This document shows positions 23,778-38,821 of a stretch of DNA of 64,000 nt, in pieces. A model generated the notes under the pieces. It saw only the letters and a program-made list of their open reading frames with translations. It was not told the origin of the DNA and did no database searches. Source of the stretch: Chiloscyllium plagiosum (lineage: Eukaryota); NCBI RefSeq assembly GCF_004010195.1, contig NC_057718.1:65484287-65548286 (forward strand). Reading direction: 5' to 3'. Both the position numbers and the translations under genes were made by a program. How positions within the stretch are numbered: position 1 is the first letter of the stretch; every line of letters starts with the position of its first letter.

Positions 23778-25584
23778 TACTTTTACACTATTTTAGTCAT
23801 GCTGTAAGTACCTGTAAGTACCATTGGATTAGCTTAAGAACTTTGAGTTTTTAAGCGAGACAGTTATGGACTAATTTTTTTAAATTTTTGTTTCATAGTT
23901 TTTTTTTATTTTGTTTTCAGTCCGTCTATTTGGGTGTGTTGTGTGCACTTCTGTGAATCTTGACTCCTACCCGAGGTAGGGACAGTACCACTGCATCATG
24001 AGACCCATTTGTGAATTATTTTTAATGCTTTTGTGAAATATTAATTTAGCCTTTTTTGGTGACTCTGAATTCATCACTTGGACCTTGGGTACTAGTCTGC
24101 GATAATGATTTGTTTGTTGTGGTTAGGGCAATAACTGACCTGAAGATAGATTTTTTTCAAGGACAAAACCGGGAGGGAGGTTTCTTGTCAGCTGTGTTGT
24201 GCTTTTCCTGGGAATAAGTTTTGCATATGCTCGAGCCTGGCTTCTTCACTGAGTCTTCCCCTCAATGTTTTCTTGGGTATGCTGAGGTACTATTTGGCCA
24301 TTGATACTTATTCAGCATTGGGTTTATTTTTCTGAAACAGTCAAGATCTTAAGAAATCTGGTAAAGAGTAGATAATGTAACTAATGAAATTCTTCAACTC
24401 AGTGGTAAAATTTTCTCCTTTTAACTCAAAAAAAAAGTTGTTGAACAATGAAGAAAGGGAAGTCTGGCACTGAGTCCTTTAGCATGTGTACAGAGAATAA
24501 CTTGACTTTGTAGTTCCAATATTGGAATTTAAGGTGATGCAACTCTTCAATTGCCCATCTCAAAGATTGATGTCCATTGGTAAAACTTAACCTTTTCATT
24601 TTCGAGGAAATATTGACTGGTCATGAGCTGTTGACTTTCAACTGATCAGTTCAACAAAGTTAAATTCCAAATAAAGTCCTATTCTTGGTTTTACTAACCT
24701 TTTAATCTAACTTAAAACCCAGATACATGTGGATTTTGTGCTTCTTCCACTTGCACAATCTGGTGACCATAATAGGCAGAGATATAAAACTGGATGTCGA
24801 GGTTTTCAGTCTTTCAGGGGTTTTTTTTAATCTAACAAATAGAAAGGAAGATTGTTATATTCAGACTGTTCATTTAATCGTTAATTATTGTGCCTCTAAG
24901 GTGTTTTTTAGTGGAGATTCTTTCTGTTCAGGAACTCCATATGTGCTGCTTTTAACCTTTTTTTCCTAATGTGATAACCCTGTTGTGTGTCTTGTTCATT
25001 CTTATTTTCTTCATTCCATTACACAACACTTCATGCATGATTTTAGTGGACATTTGTGCCTCTGCCTGATGCCAACACCCGTATTTCATGTTGCTGCTTT
25101 CATCTACTGCACTGACAAGTCAATGCATTCAAGGGGCCATCTCAGTAGGCATCTCATGTCCTCTCTCCTGCATTTTTCAGCATGACTGACTGATTAGAAG
25201 TGGGCATTCCAGTTTTCACCTCAGGCCATGGTTGCAAAGTCTGAGGCCCAAATTCTGTCTGAGCTGAGATTAACCTGCTTGGCAGCAGCAAGAATTAAAT
25301 CTAGGCACCATTTATGCCACACAGTGGTGACCCTCTTGTGGATGTATGTTATGTCACGTTTTTTTTTCCAGTTATAGCTAGAATAGGGGAGAGAACAATT
25401 TGCATTTTTGATTTGTAGCTCATGTTCTTTAAAGATTTGATTAACAGCTGACAACGTCTGGATGTAAATTGAAGTCGCTATATTTTTAAACTTCACTTGA
25501 ATTCTTCCTGTTAGCTATTTCTGGCTTCTAAAATTTTATATGGGTATTTAAGAACTAAACTTTCCGTTGCATGGCTTTGTTGTA

Positions 25585-25690
25585 AATATTTTCTAATCAA
25601 CCTGTTCAGAGATGTTGTTGCACACCTCTGGAATAAGTGGGACTTGGGCCTTCTGGAACAAAGGCAGGGGCAGCACCATTGCACTATTAC
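25585..25690 (-). mobile_element. Short (~110-130 bp) tRNA-like SINE family; copies near 19135-19225, 22545-22640, 23960-24010, 27445-27555, 61400-61520
   Basis: Shared GTGCAGTGGTAGTGTCCCT..GGTTCAAGTCCCAC..CCAGAGGTGTG..ATCTCTGAACAGGTTGATTAGAAAA-like consensus across copies. Confidence 0.6.
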
Positions 25691-27994
25691 ACTATCAGCA
25701 TCTACTTCAAACAAATATTTCAGATTCTGTTGACTCCACTTTGTAAATCCATATGTACAATCAGTTTCTGGGTGCCTTATTACTTTGGATGGATTTGTGC
25801 CCAAAGATGAAAAGGGGAAATTATAGTATTTCCGGCTTTTTAAGGTCTGTTGTAGTGGTTTGACAATATTATTGAATATCTGAACAGTGAATGTTGATTT
25901 TAGAAGTTAAACCCATACTCAAACCTGCAACATTTGGAAAGAGAAGAATGTTAGACATTTTACATACAACCAAATATGTGACAGATGTAGTTGCGCAGCT
26001 TCGTTTTTCTTTTGCTCCATTTATCATTCCTGGGCATGAGCTAGCACTTGGAACTAAATACTGGGTGACCTACTGCTCTTCATTATGAAGAATCATTTGG
26101 TTTCCACTCCTTTTGGTTACTGGAATTGTAAGACATTTTTTAAAAAAAAAGGTCTTTGATTCTAATTTGTTTTGCTTCCACACTGTTGGAAAGGCACAAA
26201 TTGGTTGGTTTGTTTATTTCAAAAACATGACCTAAGTTTTTGGGTTAAAGTTTTAAGTACTGAGGGACCACTGCAGTCTTGAAGGTGCCATATTTCAGAA
26301 TAGTCTAAAATCATGTCTCAACTCCCTTTTCAGGCGGGTGTAAAATACTCCATAATATTATTTTGGAAAAAAGTAGTTATCCCCTATTTTGCCCAATATT
26401 TATCCCTCTCATATCATCTAGGTCACTGTTGTATTGCTATTTGTAGGAGTTTGCTGTGCCCAAATTGGCTGTTGCAATTCCTAAATTAGAATAGTACTAA
26501 CAATTAAGTACTTCTGAAGTGTAGTCAAAGTGCTTTGGGACGTTCTGTGATCATAGAAAATAATCATTTATCATACTTGTGTCTTCTATTTAAAATAGCT
26601 AGCATCTTAATAGTCAGTAAAAAATTCCAAAGTAAATTAACTTTACAAGGCAGGGTGTTGGATAAATAGATGAAGTTGAGTTAGTTGTAGATGTAATTCA
26701 ATATTTGCTAGTATTATTAATCAATAGAAGAGATTGTCTGAAATCTTAGGTTATTACATTCTTGATAACACAAATGGAGGGAGGTGTCTGGGAAGGGCAA
26801 TTGTAAAGGATGAGCTGTTTTCACGTGCATGGCTTGTCTTTAAAATTACTAGTACTGTTCGTTTTGAAGGCAAAGCTTGGAGCCAACCAGATTGCTTTTA
26901 AAAACTGAACTTAGCTGACGGTCATCTTTACAAACAAAATTACACTGAAATGTATTGGTGTTTTATTCTACCTCTCCATCACCTGTGGTGTAGCTAAGAA
27001 TTGACGCATGGTTATTCTGGAACGTGCGTTTAATGAGCTCAGTTTAATTGTGTGGAATATTAATATTTTTGCTGAGGTGAGTCCATTCTGGATTTATGTA
27101 ATTAAAGTAGCCTAAAAATAAGTTCCCATCCTAGTTCTTAAATTCTGTAAGCAGCTTGGAACCTGAATTTACAGTATCTATCTGGGGAAGGTGAAGACTG
27201 CTTTTTTAAGAAATGACCAGAATTGTATGTTTTCTCCAGTCAGTTGCAAGAGGTTCTGAAAACATGAAAGCTGATACTTTTTATTGTTGACGCAATCGTG
27301 TTGTTGTGGCTTCCTGTACAAATCATTCTCTGAAAACTTAAAGTTAATTTCCAATATTTCGGTCAGATATAATGGTACGTCTTCATCCTCATTTAAAGCA
27401 ATAGCTGTTTATTGATTCGGGAAAGTCATCGTTTTGCTGTGTGACGGGACACTGCCACTGCACAAGAACCTATCTCTGGACCTGGAGAGCTATGTTCAAG
27501 TCCCACTTGCTCCAGACACCTGCAATATCATCTCTGAGCAGGTTGTTTTTTAAAAATAAAACTATTGGGTAAGGTTCTATCTGTTAAAATACCTGAATGT
27601 AATGATTTGTGTTGCGGTGTGAAGGCTGTTGGTAATGTCCTTCCCTCTAGACAGACTGAAACTAAACAAAGGCTCTTGCTATCCTCTACTTTTCTTCTAA
27701 ACTGTTTTTGGTGAGACTTTTATATTTGCATAATTGTTTTAGGTCATGTCATTTCTCTCACGTGATTTTCTTTAAATTACACTGTCCCTATTTGAAAAAA
27801 TTGCAAAGTTATGGAGTAAGGTAAGGTAATAAGAAAAACAAACATTTTTGTTTCATGATTTTAGTTTTTACACTGACCCAGCTGGTACTTTGATTATTGC
27901 CAGTTGAAGCTGGTATTTTCCAGGGACATTCTTGCATGAAATTGTCGTAAACTTTTGTCTTGGCAATGTATGTTGTCCACTCAGAGTTATGCAA

Positions 27995-28535
27995 CTATGC
28001 ATCAGTAGAGTTGCAGGTCGACAGGGTGGTGAAGAAGGTGTCTGACATGCTTGCCTCCATTTGGTCAGTGCGTTGAGGAAAGGAGTCGACATGTCATGTA
28101 CAGGACATTGGTACGGCCACTTTTGGAATACTAAATTCAATTCTGATCTCCCTGCTATAGAAAAGATATTGTGAAACTTGTAAGGGTTCAGAAAAAAGAT
28201 TTTCAAGGATGCTGTTGGGTTTGGAGGGTTTGAGCTATAGGGAGAGAGCTGAATAGGTTGGAGCTTTTTTCTCCTGGACTGTAGGAGGCTGAGGAGTGAC
28301 CTTAGAAGTTTATAAAATCATGAGGGGCGTGTATGGGTAGGGTGAATGGATTCGATCTTTTCCCTAGGGTGGGGGAATCCAAAACTAGAGGGCATAGCTT
28401 TAAGGTGAGAAGGAAGACCTAAAAGGGACTGGAGGGTCAACTTTTTCATGCAGATGGTGGAGCGTGAATATAATGAGCTGCCAGAGGAAGTGGTAGAGGC
28501 AGGTACATTTGTGACATATTTAAGGCATCTGGGTG
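27995..28535 (+). mobile_element. HER1/CR1 LINE fragment
   Basis: GTAGAGTTGCAGGTCGACAGGGTGGTGAAGAAGG..GAGCTGCCAGAGGAAGTGG. Confidence 0.88.
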
Positions 28536-29356
28536 ACCTCTGAGAAGTGCAGCCCTCTCGGAACTCTGCGTACATTGCGCATTCCTTTTTTTTTAATCTT
28601 TCTCTGTTTCTTTAATCATGTTGGCAGCTATGCTTTTAGCTACCTGTTTCTGAAGTTTTGAATAGTTTTTCCTAAATCCCTGTGTCCTACCTGTTTTGCA
28701 AAGCATTTGGTGTCCTGTCTGAAAAGTAGCATGGTATCAAGGTTTCTTGTTTGTTGATCATTGGCCTGAAACATTGTGGAATATGCTGTCAAGGATACGA
28801 GGTGATTGCATATGGTGGTTGCTAATGACCAGATAACTTGTGATTTTTGAGGAATAAATATTGACCAGAAATGCCTGACTATTGTTGTTAAGAGAACTGA
28901 GGTTTATTTCTATTAATTCGTAGGATGTATAGATAACTAGCACTGCGAGAATTTGTTGCTCATCCCTAATTTTTCTTTGACAGTGGTGATCAAAATGGAG
29001 GGAGTTCATCGATTTTTGAAAATCTTAAGTCCAGACCATGTGTAGCTTGAATAATCTCTTCAAGGTGATGCTGATTCTTTGTGCTGGTGTTTGGTCTTTG
29101 TGGTTTGTGAATATTGTATGTTTGGGAGGTATTGTTAAAACTGTTAGAAGTTGTTGCAGTGCAACTTCTGGATTGGGAGCAATTCTGCCAGGGTTTGTTG
29201 ATGGTTGAAGGAATGTATGCCTGAGATGGTGGATGAGATATGAATAAACTGGGTTGGTTCATGCTTTGTGGTGGTAGTGCTATAGTCTGAGGATCAGGGT
29301 CTATTAAGACACTTGAGCCTGTTTCATCATTCACTCGAAATGTGACTTACTCTGCT

Positions 29357-30610
29357 ATAGAACATTACAGGGCAGTACAGGCCCTTTGGCCCTCAATGTT
29401 GCACCAACCTGTGGAACCATGCTGAAGCCTGTCTTTCCTACACTATTGCGTTTTCATCCATATGTTTATCAATGATCATTTAAATGCCCTTAAAGAGGGT
29501 GAGTCTACTATTGTTACAGGCAGTGCGTTTTACGCCCCTACTACTCTGAGTAAAGAAACTACCTCTGACATCCGTCCTATATCTATCACCCCTCAATTTA
29601 AAGCTATGTTCCCATGTGTTAGCCATCACCATCCGAGGAAACAGGTTCTCACTGTCCACCCTATCTAACCCTCTGATTATCTTGTATGTCTCTATTAAGT
29701 CATCTCTCAACCTTCTTTCTAATGAAAACAGCCTTAAGTCTCTCAGCCTTTCCTCAGAAGACCTTCCTTTCATACCAGGCAACATCCTAGTAAATCTCCT
29801 CGGCACCCTTTTCAAAGTTTCCACATCTTTCCTATAATGCCGTGACCAGAACTGTACCCAGTACTCCAAGTGTGGCTGCACCAGAGTTTTGTAAAGCTGC
29901 AATTGGACCTCATAGCTCCGAAACTCAATCCCTCTACCAATAAAAGCTAACACACCTACTTAACAACCCTATAAACCTGGGTGGTAATGTTCAGGGATGT
30001 ATGCACATGGACACCGAGATCTCTCTGTTCGTCTACACTACCAAGAATCTTATCATTAGCCCAGTATTCTTTATTCCTGTTGTTCCTTCCAAAGTGAATC
30101 ACCTCCTTTTTCTGCATTAAACTTCATTTGCCACACCTCAGCCCAGCTCTGCAGCTTATCTATGTCCCTCTGTCACTTGCAATATCCTTTGGCACTATCC
30201 ATAACTCCACTGACCTTAGTGTCATCTGCAAATATACTAACCCATCCTTCTAAGGCCTCATCCAGGTCACTTCTAGAAATGACCAACAGCAACGACCCCA
30301 AAACAGATCCTTGCAGTACACCAGGAGTAACTGAACTCCAGGATGAACATTTCCCATCAACCACCACCCTCTGTCGTCTTTCAGCTAGCTAACTTCTAAT
30401 CCAAACTGCTAAATCACCCTCAATCCCATGCCTCCGTATTTTGTGCAATAGCCTACTGTGGGGAACCTTATCAAATGCCTTACTGAAATCCATATATACT
30501 ACATCAATCGCTTTACCCTCATCCACCTTCTCAAAGAACTCAATAAAGTTTGTGAGGCATGACCTACCCTTCATAAAACTGTTGACTATCCATCATCAAC
30601 TTATTCCTTT
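29357..30610 (-). mobile_element. CR1 LINE RT and 3' UTR
   Basis: ORFs 30389-30574 (GRSCLTN..YMDFSKAFDKVPH), 30173-30367 (QGSVLG, FADDTK) and 29480-29953. Confidence 0.95.
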
Positions 30611-33600
30611 GTGTCCCAGCCTTTTTTTTTCGCATCTTCCTGTTGTAACTCTCTAGTAAGCAACAATGGATCTGTCTTGGACTTCAAAGCAACAATTGAT
30701 CTTGCATCAGTTGCTATTTACAAAGTTTTTTGTTTCTTTTTGTGTGCATAGAAGTGTTTTCTGATTTCTTTTCTCGAAGTTCCAAGTCTAAATTTTCGTC
30801 TCTGCACCCAGTGTCAGAGCACATTGATATAATTGAGATCTTAAGAGGGCTTCTAAATTGTTTCTAAATAGCTATAATTCTGCTTATGTCTCTGAATACA
30901 GGTTGGCAAGACTATGTCGGGGAATGTTTTTTCTAAAAGCCCCACTTCTCTGTCTTTGTGGTTATATTTTCTTTTCCTTTTATTGTTGTTGGAGACCATC
31001 ATTACCCAGCATTTGGGAAGTCAGAATGATGTTCTATTTAACATAAAACTTTTATATTTTGCTTTGTTTAGTATCTAATCCAAAGCATGACCCCTCTTCT
31101 ATCGTGTTGTACCAATACTACAATTCTGTGCTTGGATGATCAGCCCAGACTTTGACAGTTCAAGTAGCACTTGGAGACAATCTTCTGACATAAGATGCTG
31201 CCTGTTATACACTGAATCATAGTTAAGTTTCAGGAAATTGTTTTAAAGCATTTTAACCAGAAAACAAGTGTAACAAGTCTGTTGCCCACAATATCTGGCC
31301 AAAGGTTTGATCACCTTTCAACTGGCTCAGTAGATAGATTCATACTACTGTTGGGTAGTCAGTTTGTCCATTTTGTATTAATTAGTTTAATATCAATGAG
31401 GGTGGCAGGATGAAATCCATGCTGGTATATGTTTTATCTGTGGCTAAGGGTGGAAAGAGGGGCAATAAAGTAATTTAGTGAGCAACTTTACAGTTGATTA
31501 TTGAACAATGCTTATTAACTTCCAACTGAGGCAAGTGACAATTGTTTGAAGCTTTAGTGTAGCTGATTGGCGATTGCTGCTACCTATTGTTCAGGTCCTT
31601 TTAATAAAGGCTTCAAGGACTGCTGCTGCTAGTGAAATTTGACACTCCTTTTCAATGCTATCCTTTCACTGTTTTTAAAACTAATCAATGAAGTGTTTAA
31701 ACTTGACAGCGTCTCAAATGTTACTTTTAAAAACACCTGATCTCTCCACCCTCAAGAGCTTTCAAACATCTTGTGCCAGTTCTTCCATTTCGCACTTTGA
31801 CCTCAGTTGATGTTGGTTGTCAAAGTAGAAAGATGACTTTTCTCACACTTCACGTGCCACTACTTCCTTCCAACTGCAACTTTGTGAACACAAATATCTG
31901 TCAAAAAATACCTGATGGAGGCTGACTAAAATACAATTCTTGTTTTTTGTCTCCAGCTCCAGGCAAGTTCCAACTCTACTGCAGTTTACAGAAATGCATC
32001 AAACTAGTTTACCCTACTTTTATGAAGAATTGTGTTCTTGAAAAGAATGTTATTCTGAGTGATATGGTATGATTTTACTTACAAGTTCATGTGCCAACTT
32101 GAAAAGATGCATTATTTCCCAATATTCTATGTGCCTCATTGACATTTGTGTGGTGAAATTTTGACTAAGTTTATAACTTCAACTGTGTGGAGTGGTGGAA
32201 TGATAGGTGTAATAGGTCCAGTTTGTTTGTTTATAAAGCTTTCCAGTTTGGGTGGAAGCTTTTTCATAGCTTGAATAGAAGATGTATAATAAAGAAATGA
32301 AGGATTTTCCTGCATCACTGGCCTTCCTGCCATGTCCTATGCTCCAACTAAATGTTATCACTTAATTTGTATCTTTTTTCCATTTCTTCATTATAACAAT
32401 TGCATAATCTTAAAATATTTAACACTTCTAAAACACAGTAAACCTTAATTTTAGTCCATTCACAAAATCAAATTTCCCTTTTTTTTCATTAAAAGCATTG
32501 CTTGATGGTGTGCCTTATTCTTTGCCATAATGATACTTTGAAAGGAGACTTGTAAAACAGGGTGAGATCTATTTTGTGAAATGTCAGCAACTAGAGATGG
32601 CTGAAAAAATTTTGATAAATCTTGTCTTGTTAATGAAAAATTTTCTGAGATGAGAGATCCCTGATGTGTGTATTTAACATGGGATTCTGCATATCTTAGG
32701 GAACTTCTAAAATGAGTGAAGTTGATTTTCCATTCAACTATCAACCATTTTAATCATTGTGGGTTCTTGTTTTCAATACGTGTCCTACGAAGCAAATGTG
32801 TCACAAGACATCCTAAAGAGCTTTTGTTCACCATTATTGGCATTAGTTAAGTGGTAACATACTTCTGTGCTATTCTATATTTCAGCAACTTGAGGGCACA
32901 ACCTTGGATGGAACTGTTGTGTAATACTTGCAAGAGTACTGCATTTGAGGTGCTTTTTTTTGGATGAGACATTACAGTGAGGCCCCACTAGGTGGATGTA
33001 AAATATTTATTTTGTCAAACAGATTATCTCACCACTAGTCTTATTGTTGTTTAAAGAACATTGTCACGTGCAAATTGACTACCTCATTTCTCTATTGCAA
33101 CTGTAACGACACCCCTAGAGTACTACATTGTGTCTGTCATAATCTCCACATTCTATAGCACATTGCAGATAATATGTAAATGCTTTTTTTTTGCAAAAAA
33201 AACACTTAGATCTTTCTCTTTTTATAATGGCCACATTCATAATGCTTCAGAATGTAGTCAGTTGTATCGGTAAACATGGCAACGGCAAGATTCACCAAAC
33301 CCCATAGGTATGCAGGTAGTCTGAGGGAGTGATATTGATTTTGATCTGCTCATGAGAATTCCCTGCTGTGTTTCAGTGGACTAGTGTCTTTTTTTTAGAA
33401 AGACTACCTTTCAAGTGAGACAACGTCAGTTGTTTCTCCCCACATAGTCAAGGGAGTTCACTCTTTTTCGATACCAATTGTATAAAAAGATGGGTTATAC
33501 CTGGCCTCTGCTGGAAGTAGCATAACATGACTATTCAATATTCAGTTTTAGGCGAGAGAATCAATTAATTATCATTCTCTCAATTTTTCCCTTAACCACA

Positions 33601-34129
33601 TGAATGCCCACAATTGTCTATAACCAAATGACATAATTGGTAAATCACTTGGATATTTGCATACCTAAATTAAGAACTTCTGTCAGCTTATCAATTATAC
33701 TTGGGCAAATTTTTTATATGCAACAGGCATATGTGATTTTATAATTGTTGTCAATTCTTCTAAGAATATCCAGTTTAATCATATTCCCCCAGAGGCTGCA
33801 TATAGTAACTTGTGGAATGTAGCCCCTTCTGCCAATCTAAAATGAATTCTGCAAACCTCAGCAGAACATATTGAAGATATTTGAACCTACAGTGATCTGC
33901 AAACTTCATTTTGAAAGAGTTGTATACAGACATTACACTAACTTTGTTATGATATTCTTTAATTGTTTTATCATGATTTAAGTTTACTTTTTCAATATTT
34001 CTATGATAAATTTAATTAACTACATTAATGTTGGACACTTCTCCAATCAATATATGGGGGAACTGATGATTTATATCTCAGGAAAACAGTTTTTTGTTGC
34101 TTCTAAAGCAGTGGTTGTATTTTGCCAGC

Positions 34130-35072
34130 ATGTCAAGAGTCCGTGCCAACCAGCTATCCTAATCTCGTCTAAACCTTTCCTCTCTATATATCCATCTGGA
34201 CGCCTTTTAAATATTCTAATTGTACTAGCCTGTACCACTTAGAGTCATAGAGATGTACAGCATGAAAACAGACCCTTCAGTCCACTCGTTATGCCGACCC
34301 AGATATCCCAACCCAATCTAATCCCACCTGCTAGCACCTGGCCCATATCCCTCCAAACCCTTCCTATTCATATACCCATCCAGATGCCTTTTAAATGTTG
34401 CAATTGTCCCAGCCTCCTCCACATCCTCTGGCAGCTCATTCCATACATGTACCACCATCTGCATGAAAAATTTGCCCCTTAGGGTCTCTTTTATCTCTTT
34501 TGCCTCTCACCCTAAACCTATGCCCTCTAGTTCTGGACTTCCCGACCCCAGGGGAAAGATTTTGTGTATTTATCCTATCCATGCCTCTCATGATTTTATA
34601 AACCTCTATAAGGTCACCCCTCAGCCTCCTACGCTCCAGGGAAAACAGCCCCAGCCTGTTCAGCCTCTCCCTATAGCTCAAATCCTCCAACCCTGGCAAC
34701 ATCCTTATAAATCTTTTCTGAACCCTTTCAAGTTTCACACCCCCTTTCTGATTGGAAGGAGACCCGAACTGCACGCAATATTCCAACAGTGGCCTAACCA
34801 AATGTCCTGCTTAGTCGCAACATGACGTCCCAACTCCTGTACTCAATACTCTGACCAATAAAAGAAAGCATGCCAAATGCCGCCTTCACTATCCTACCTA
34901 CCTGCGACTCCACTTTCAAGGAGCTATGAACCTGCACTCCAAGGTCTGTTTGTTCAGCAACACTCTGTAGGACCTTACCATTAAGTGTATAAGTTGTGCG
35001 AAGATTTGCTTTCCCAAAAGGCAGCACCTCACATTTATCTAAATTAAACTCCATCTGCAACGTCTCAGCCCA
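34130..35072 (-). mobile_element. HER1/CR1 LINE 3' fragment (34241-35072) abutting an older tail piece
   Basis: ORFs 34794-35060 and 34436-34801 (RPLLEYCVQF..RRLRGDLIEVYKIM). Confidence 0.93.
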
Positions 35073-35311
35073 AACTTAGTGCTAAAGATTATCTGTGGAT
35101 CTTACCCACCTGTATCATTATACCTCCGATCTGCATAACTTAATGTCACAGTAGTTTAAAAGAAATCCAAGGGATAGACCTTCAGTAAGCTACATACTGA
35201 AGATCCATTTTTGGCTAGAAGAATTGACAAGTTGCTTTCAGCGAATGGGAGTATTGTTTTTTCCAATTTTTTTAAATAAACTGTAGAAATAATAAGTAAG
35301 GTGCAGTTTTT

Positions 35312-35521
35312 ATCATAGGAATGGAAGCAGCCATTTCGCCCATTGGATCCACATCTTCTGAAGAGCATCCCACCCAGACCAACCCCCCTACTTTTATCCC
35401 TGTAACTCTGCATTTCCCATGGCTAATCTATCTAGTGTATACATCCCTGGACATTGAGCAATTTAGCATGGCCAAGCCACCTAACCTGCACATATTTGGA
35501 CTGAGGGGAAACCGGAGTGCC
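35312..35521 (-). mobile_element. HE1-type SINE, partial
   Basis: GCAATTTAGCATGGCCAAGCCACCTAACCTGCACAT is the reverse of the SINE body. Confidence 0.85.
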
Positions 35522-35889
35522 TGTTTTAGTAAGCTTTGTTATTGAAAAATAGTTGCATTGTGACATGTTACATTACAGAAGAGATGTCTGTGTACCCAGT
35601 GTGTGGGAGAAATTTAGTGCTCAGTTCTTGTCTTGGAATGTTTCCTTTGCGAGTAGACAATGGTAATCTGGAAGACCATTTGTGTATTTTCCAGGATTCT
35701 CTTTTTCCCCCCCATTTTTGTTCTTTTTCACAAATTGTGGGTGAAGGTTAGGCATGCACTTTTATGCCTTGGTTTGAATTTTGTTAGGACTGTGGCTGGA
35801 ATGATAAAGAAGTTGAGAATTATATAAGGTTAGAAGAAAGAGTCTACGAAGTTGCCAGAAACACAAGAATTGGGAGGGTTTTAGAATAC

Positions 35890-36745
35890 AGCGCAAGACG
35901 ACCAAGAAACTAATAGAGATAAAGAATTCAATGTGAATGTAAATTAGCAAAAATCATAAACAGTCTGTAAAAGTTTATATAGTTATGCAAGAGTAAATAT
36001 TTGCCAAAATACATGTGGATCAATTACAGGCAGAGTCACGAGAATTTATACAGCCGACTAGAAAAATGGCAGAGAAGCAAAATGATTACTCTGCCTCTGT
36101 TTTCACTGAGGAAGATATTAGAAATTTCCCACAACTAGAGATCCAAATGGATTGTCAGAATGAAGAGTTGAAGAAAATTTTTAGCTTTTTATAAGAAGAT
36201 TGTACTGGCAAAATTAATGAGGCTGAAAGTTGATAATTCCCCAAGAATTAGTGATAATTCAAGAGTGAAGGTGATGGCTGTAGAGGTACTGGATGCATTA
36301 ATGATCATCGTCCAAAATTTTACAGACTCTGGAATGATTTCTGTGGGTTAGAAGTACTAAGTGTTAGCCACTATTTAAGATGGAAGTGAGAAAAAAAAAC
36401 GAATTACTGACCTATTAGCTTTGCATGTTGCAAACTTGGTAGAGTTATTTGACAGTGTTGCTAACAAAACCAACTATACTAAGTGTCCTTGGATTTACAA
36501 AACATCAAAAGGTTAGTTAACAAAATTTAAGCACATAAAGTAGTAAGTAACATACTGACATGGATTAAGGATTGGTGAATAGGCAGAAAGTAGGAATAAG
36601 TGGGTCATATTCATGTTGGTAGACTGACTAGTTGGAGGACCGCAAAGATAAGTACTTGGGGCACCAGCTGTGCAGGATGTATATCAATCATTTGGATGTG
36701 GGAACCAAATATAATAATTTCTAGATGACACAAAAAACTGGCAAA
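35890..36745 (+). mobile_element. Old CR1 ORF2 fragment
   Basis: ASVFTEED and LKVDNSP-like motifs; heavily decayed. Confidence 0.65.
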
Positions 36746-36808
36746 GAGAGAGAAAAAATGAGGGAAGAGAGAGAGAGGAAGAAAGTCAAAAAGAGAGAGA
36801 GAGAGAGC
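36745..36808 (+). repeat. GA-rich low-complexity microsatellite
   Basis: Interrupted (GA)n runs. Confidence 0.8.
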
Positions 36809-38821
36809 CAGGATTCTTCTTAATTAGGAGATCTGACTGTATCACCAACGGACAGATGGTTTGTCTCGAGACCAAGTTATTATGCAAACACAAGACCTTG
36901 TCTGTAATGTGTAGTGTTACAGAATTGTACATTTGCACCATTAATGATATTTATCTAAAGCAGCATGTTGCTCACATAATTTACAAGCCCAGGATTCCCA
37001 TTTATTTGGAATGGGATTTGCTCGTTGGAGGTACATCAAACTCGGCAATGCACAATGTAAAACAATAGATCCATCTCATTATGCCACAAACTGATGTGTT
37101 TTCCAGTAAGTAAGCACACCATTTTCCTGATGCTGAGAGCAGTCCATATGGTTTAAAGGATATTGCAGGTCAGGATACAAAACATTGTTTTATTTTGAAA
37201 TTACAGCCCAGAAACAGAAGGTACTCAAATCCACTAAAAATCTGGGAGAGAATTCTTTACTGAGAAAATGTTTAATATATGGAACTTGCCACCATAAAAA
37301 AACTGGTAAGGATAATAGCAAAGATGCATTTTGGGAGAAACTAATTATGTACACCGGTAGAAAGGAAAAGAAGGATAGTTGCTTGGGCTGAATCAATAGG
37401 GTTGGGAAAAGGTTCATGTGGAGCACCAACAGTGGATAGGACCTTGAACCCAATGATTTCTTTCTGTGGTATGTGTAGTTTAACAGATGATCAGCTCATT
37501 TGGCCTAATGGCTGGTTTATGATGCAGAGTTAACTCAACAGCATGGGTTGGATTCCTACACTGACTGGGGTTACCATGAGGTGGTGACCCTGAGCTCCTT
37601 TTCAAGTTGTAATTTTTAAAAACCGTTATTGCCCTCACTTTCAGTTGGCTGTCTCGAATGCCCTCTGCTTCTCAGGGACTATAGTGGCTTCACCTTTACC
37701 TAGCATACATGGATGCATACGCTAGCCAGAAATGCAAACACAAAGCACAAATACAGACTCAAAGTAAGGACCATAAATGTTTAGTTCAAACAGAATAGGG
37801 ATGCAAAAAGAATCACAGTAGATAGAAGAATAAAGAAAAGCAACCTCAGTACTAGAAAGAGGAAGCTGTGTGCAGTTCAAGGTAGTAAAAAAGCTGCAGG
37901 AATCCAACATCATACTTGAACTGATAGAGAAAGCTGTATCTAAGGAGAATGCATTAAGAGTATATGAATCCAGCTGGTGTGGGATAGTTTTACTGCATCT
38001 CAAAAAAGGAGACAGCAGAGATGATGTCTTGAGGGAACTTTTCACAAATGGGTCAATGACAAAGTTTAATGCCTCCTTCAGTGGGTGCTAAAGCCTGCAC
38101 CTTCCCATTGGAAGCTGTGATCTACGTGGGCATTTCTCACTGTTCATCATGTGAAGTGTATTGGCAAAAAAAAAACAGAAGCTGCAGAAAGTTCCATGAA
38201 GAATTAATTTACAGCATCTCAAGCATTTGGAAATTGTAGGTCAATGGTGTAAACTTAGTGGGTTAAAAGGAACCAGGTCAAATTAATGTCAAGAGATCAT
38301 CTGACACACAAACTCACAGACGTTTTAAAAGGACATGATTGCGTAGCTTAGACTACAGTGCCTTGAGCCAGTTAGTGAACTGACTGATTTATTCTGTGGT
38401 CTGAGGTGCTGGGGATGCGAAGTAGTGACAAATGGACAACACTGAACAATAGCTGAGTCAGGTGACCAGTCTTGCACATTGTGAGCCAGTGTACACGAAA
38501 TAGAGCATCACATCATCAAAATCACTAACCTCAACCCTGTCTGTTTTTTCTGACTGTTCTAAACCTGCCACTTGATTCCACTTATTTAGTCAAAGGCACT
38601 ATATATTATTAGCACAGTGAGGTATTATTCCCGCAGACTGTTCCTCGTTGACTTGGTTCTGAAAGCATCTGGAGATTTAGATTACAATATTGCACACCAT
38701 CTACTCACCTGCATTCTACACCAACCATGTCCAATGTTAGCGTTGAGGCCTTTATTTCTGGCATGTCATGGTACTTATCTGACTTGTAAGTAACTTTACT
38801 TATGCCTGACTGAATGATGTT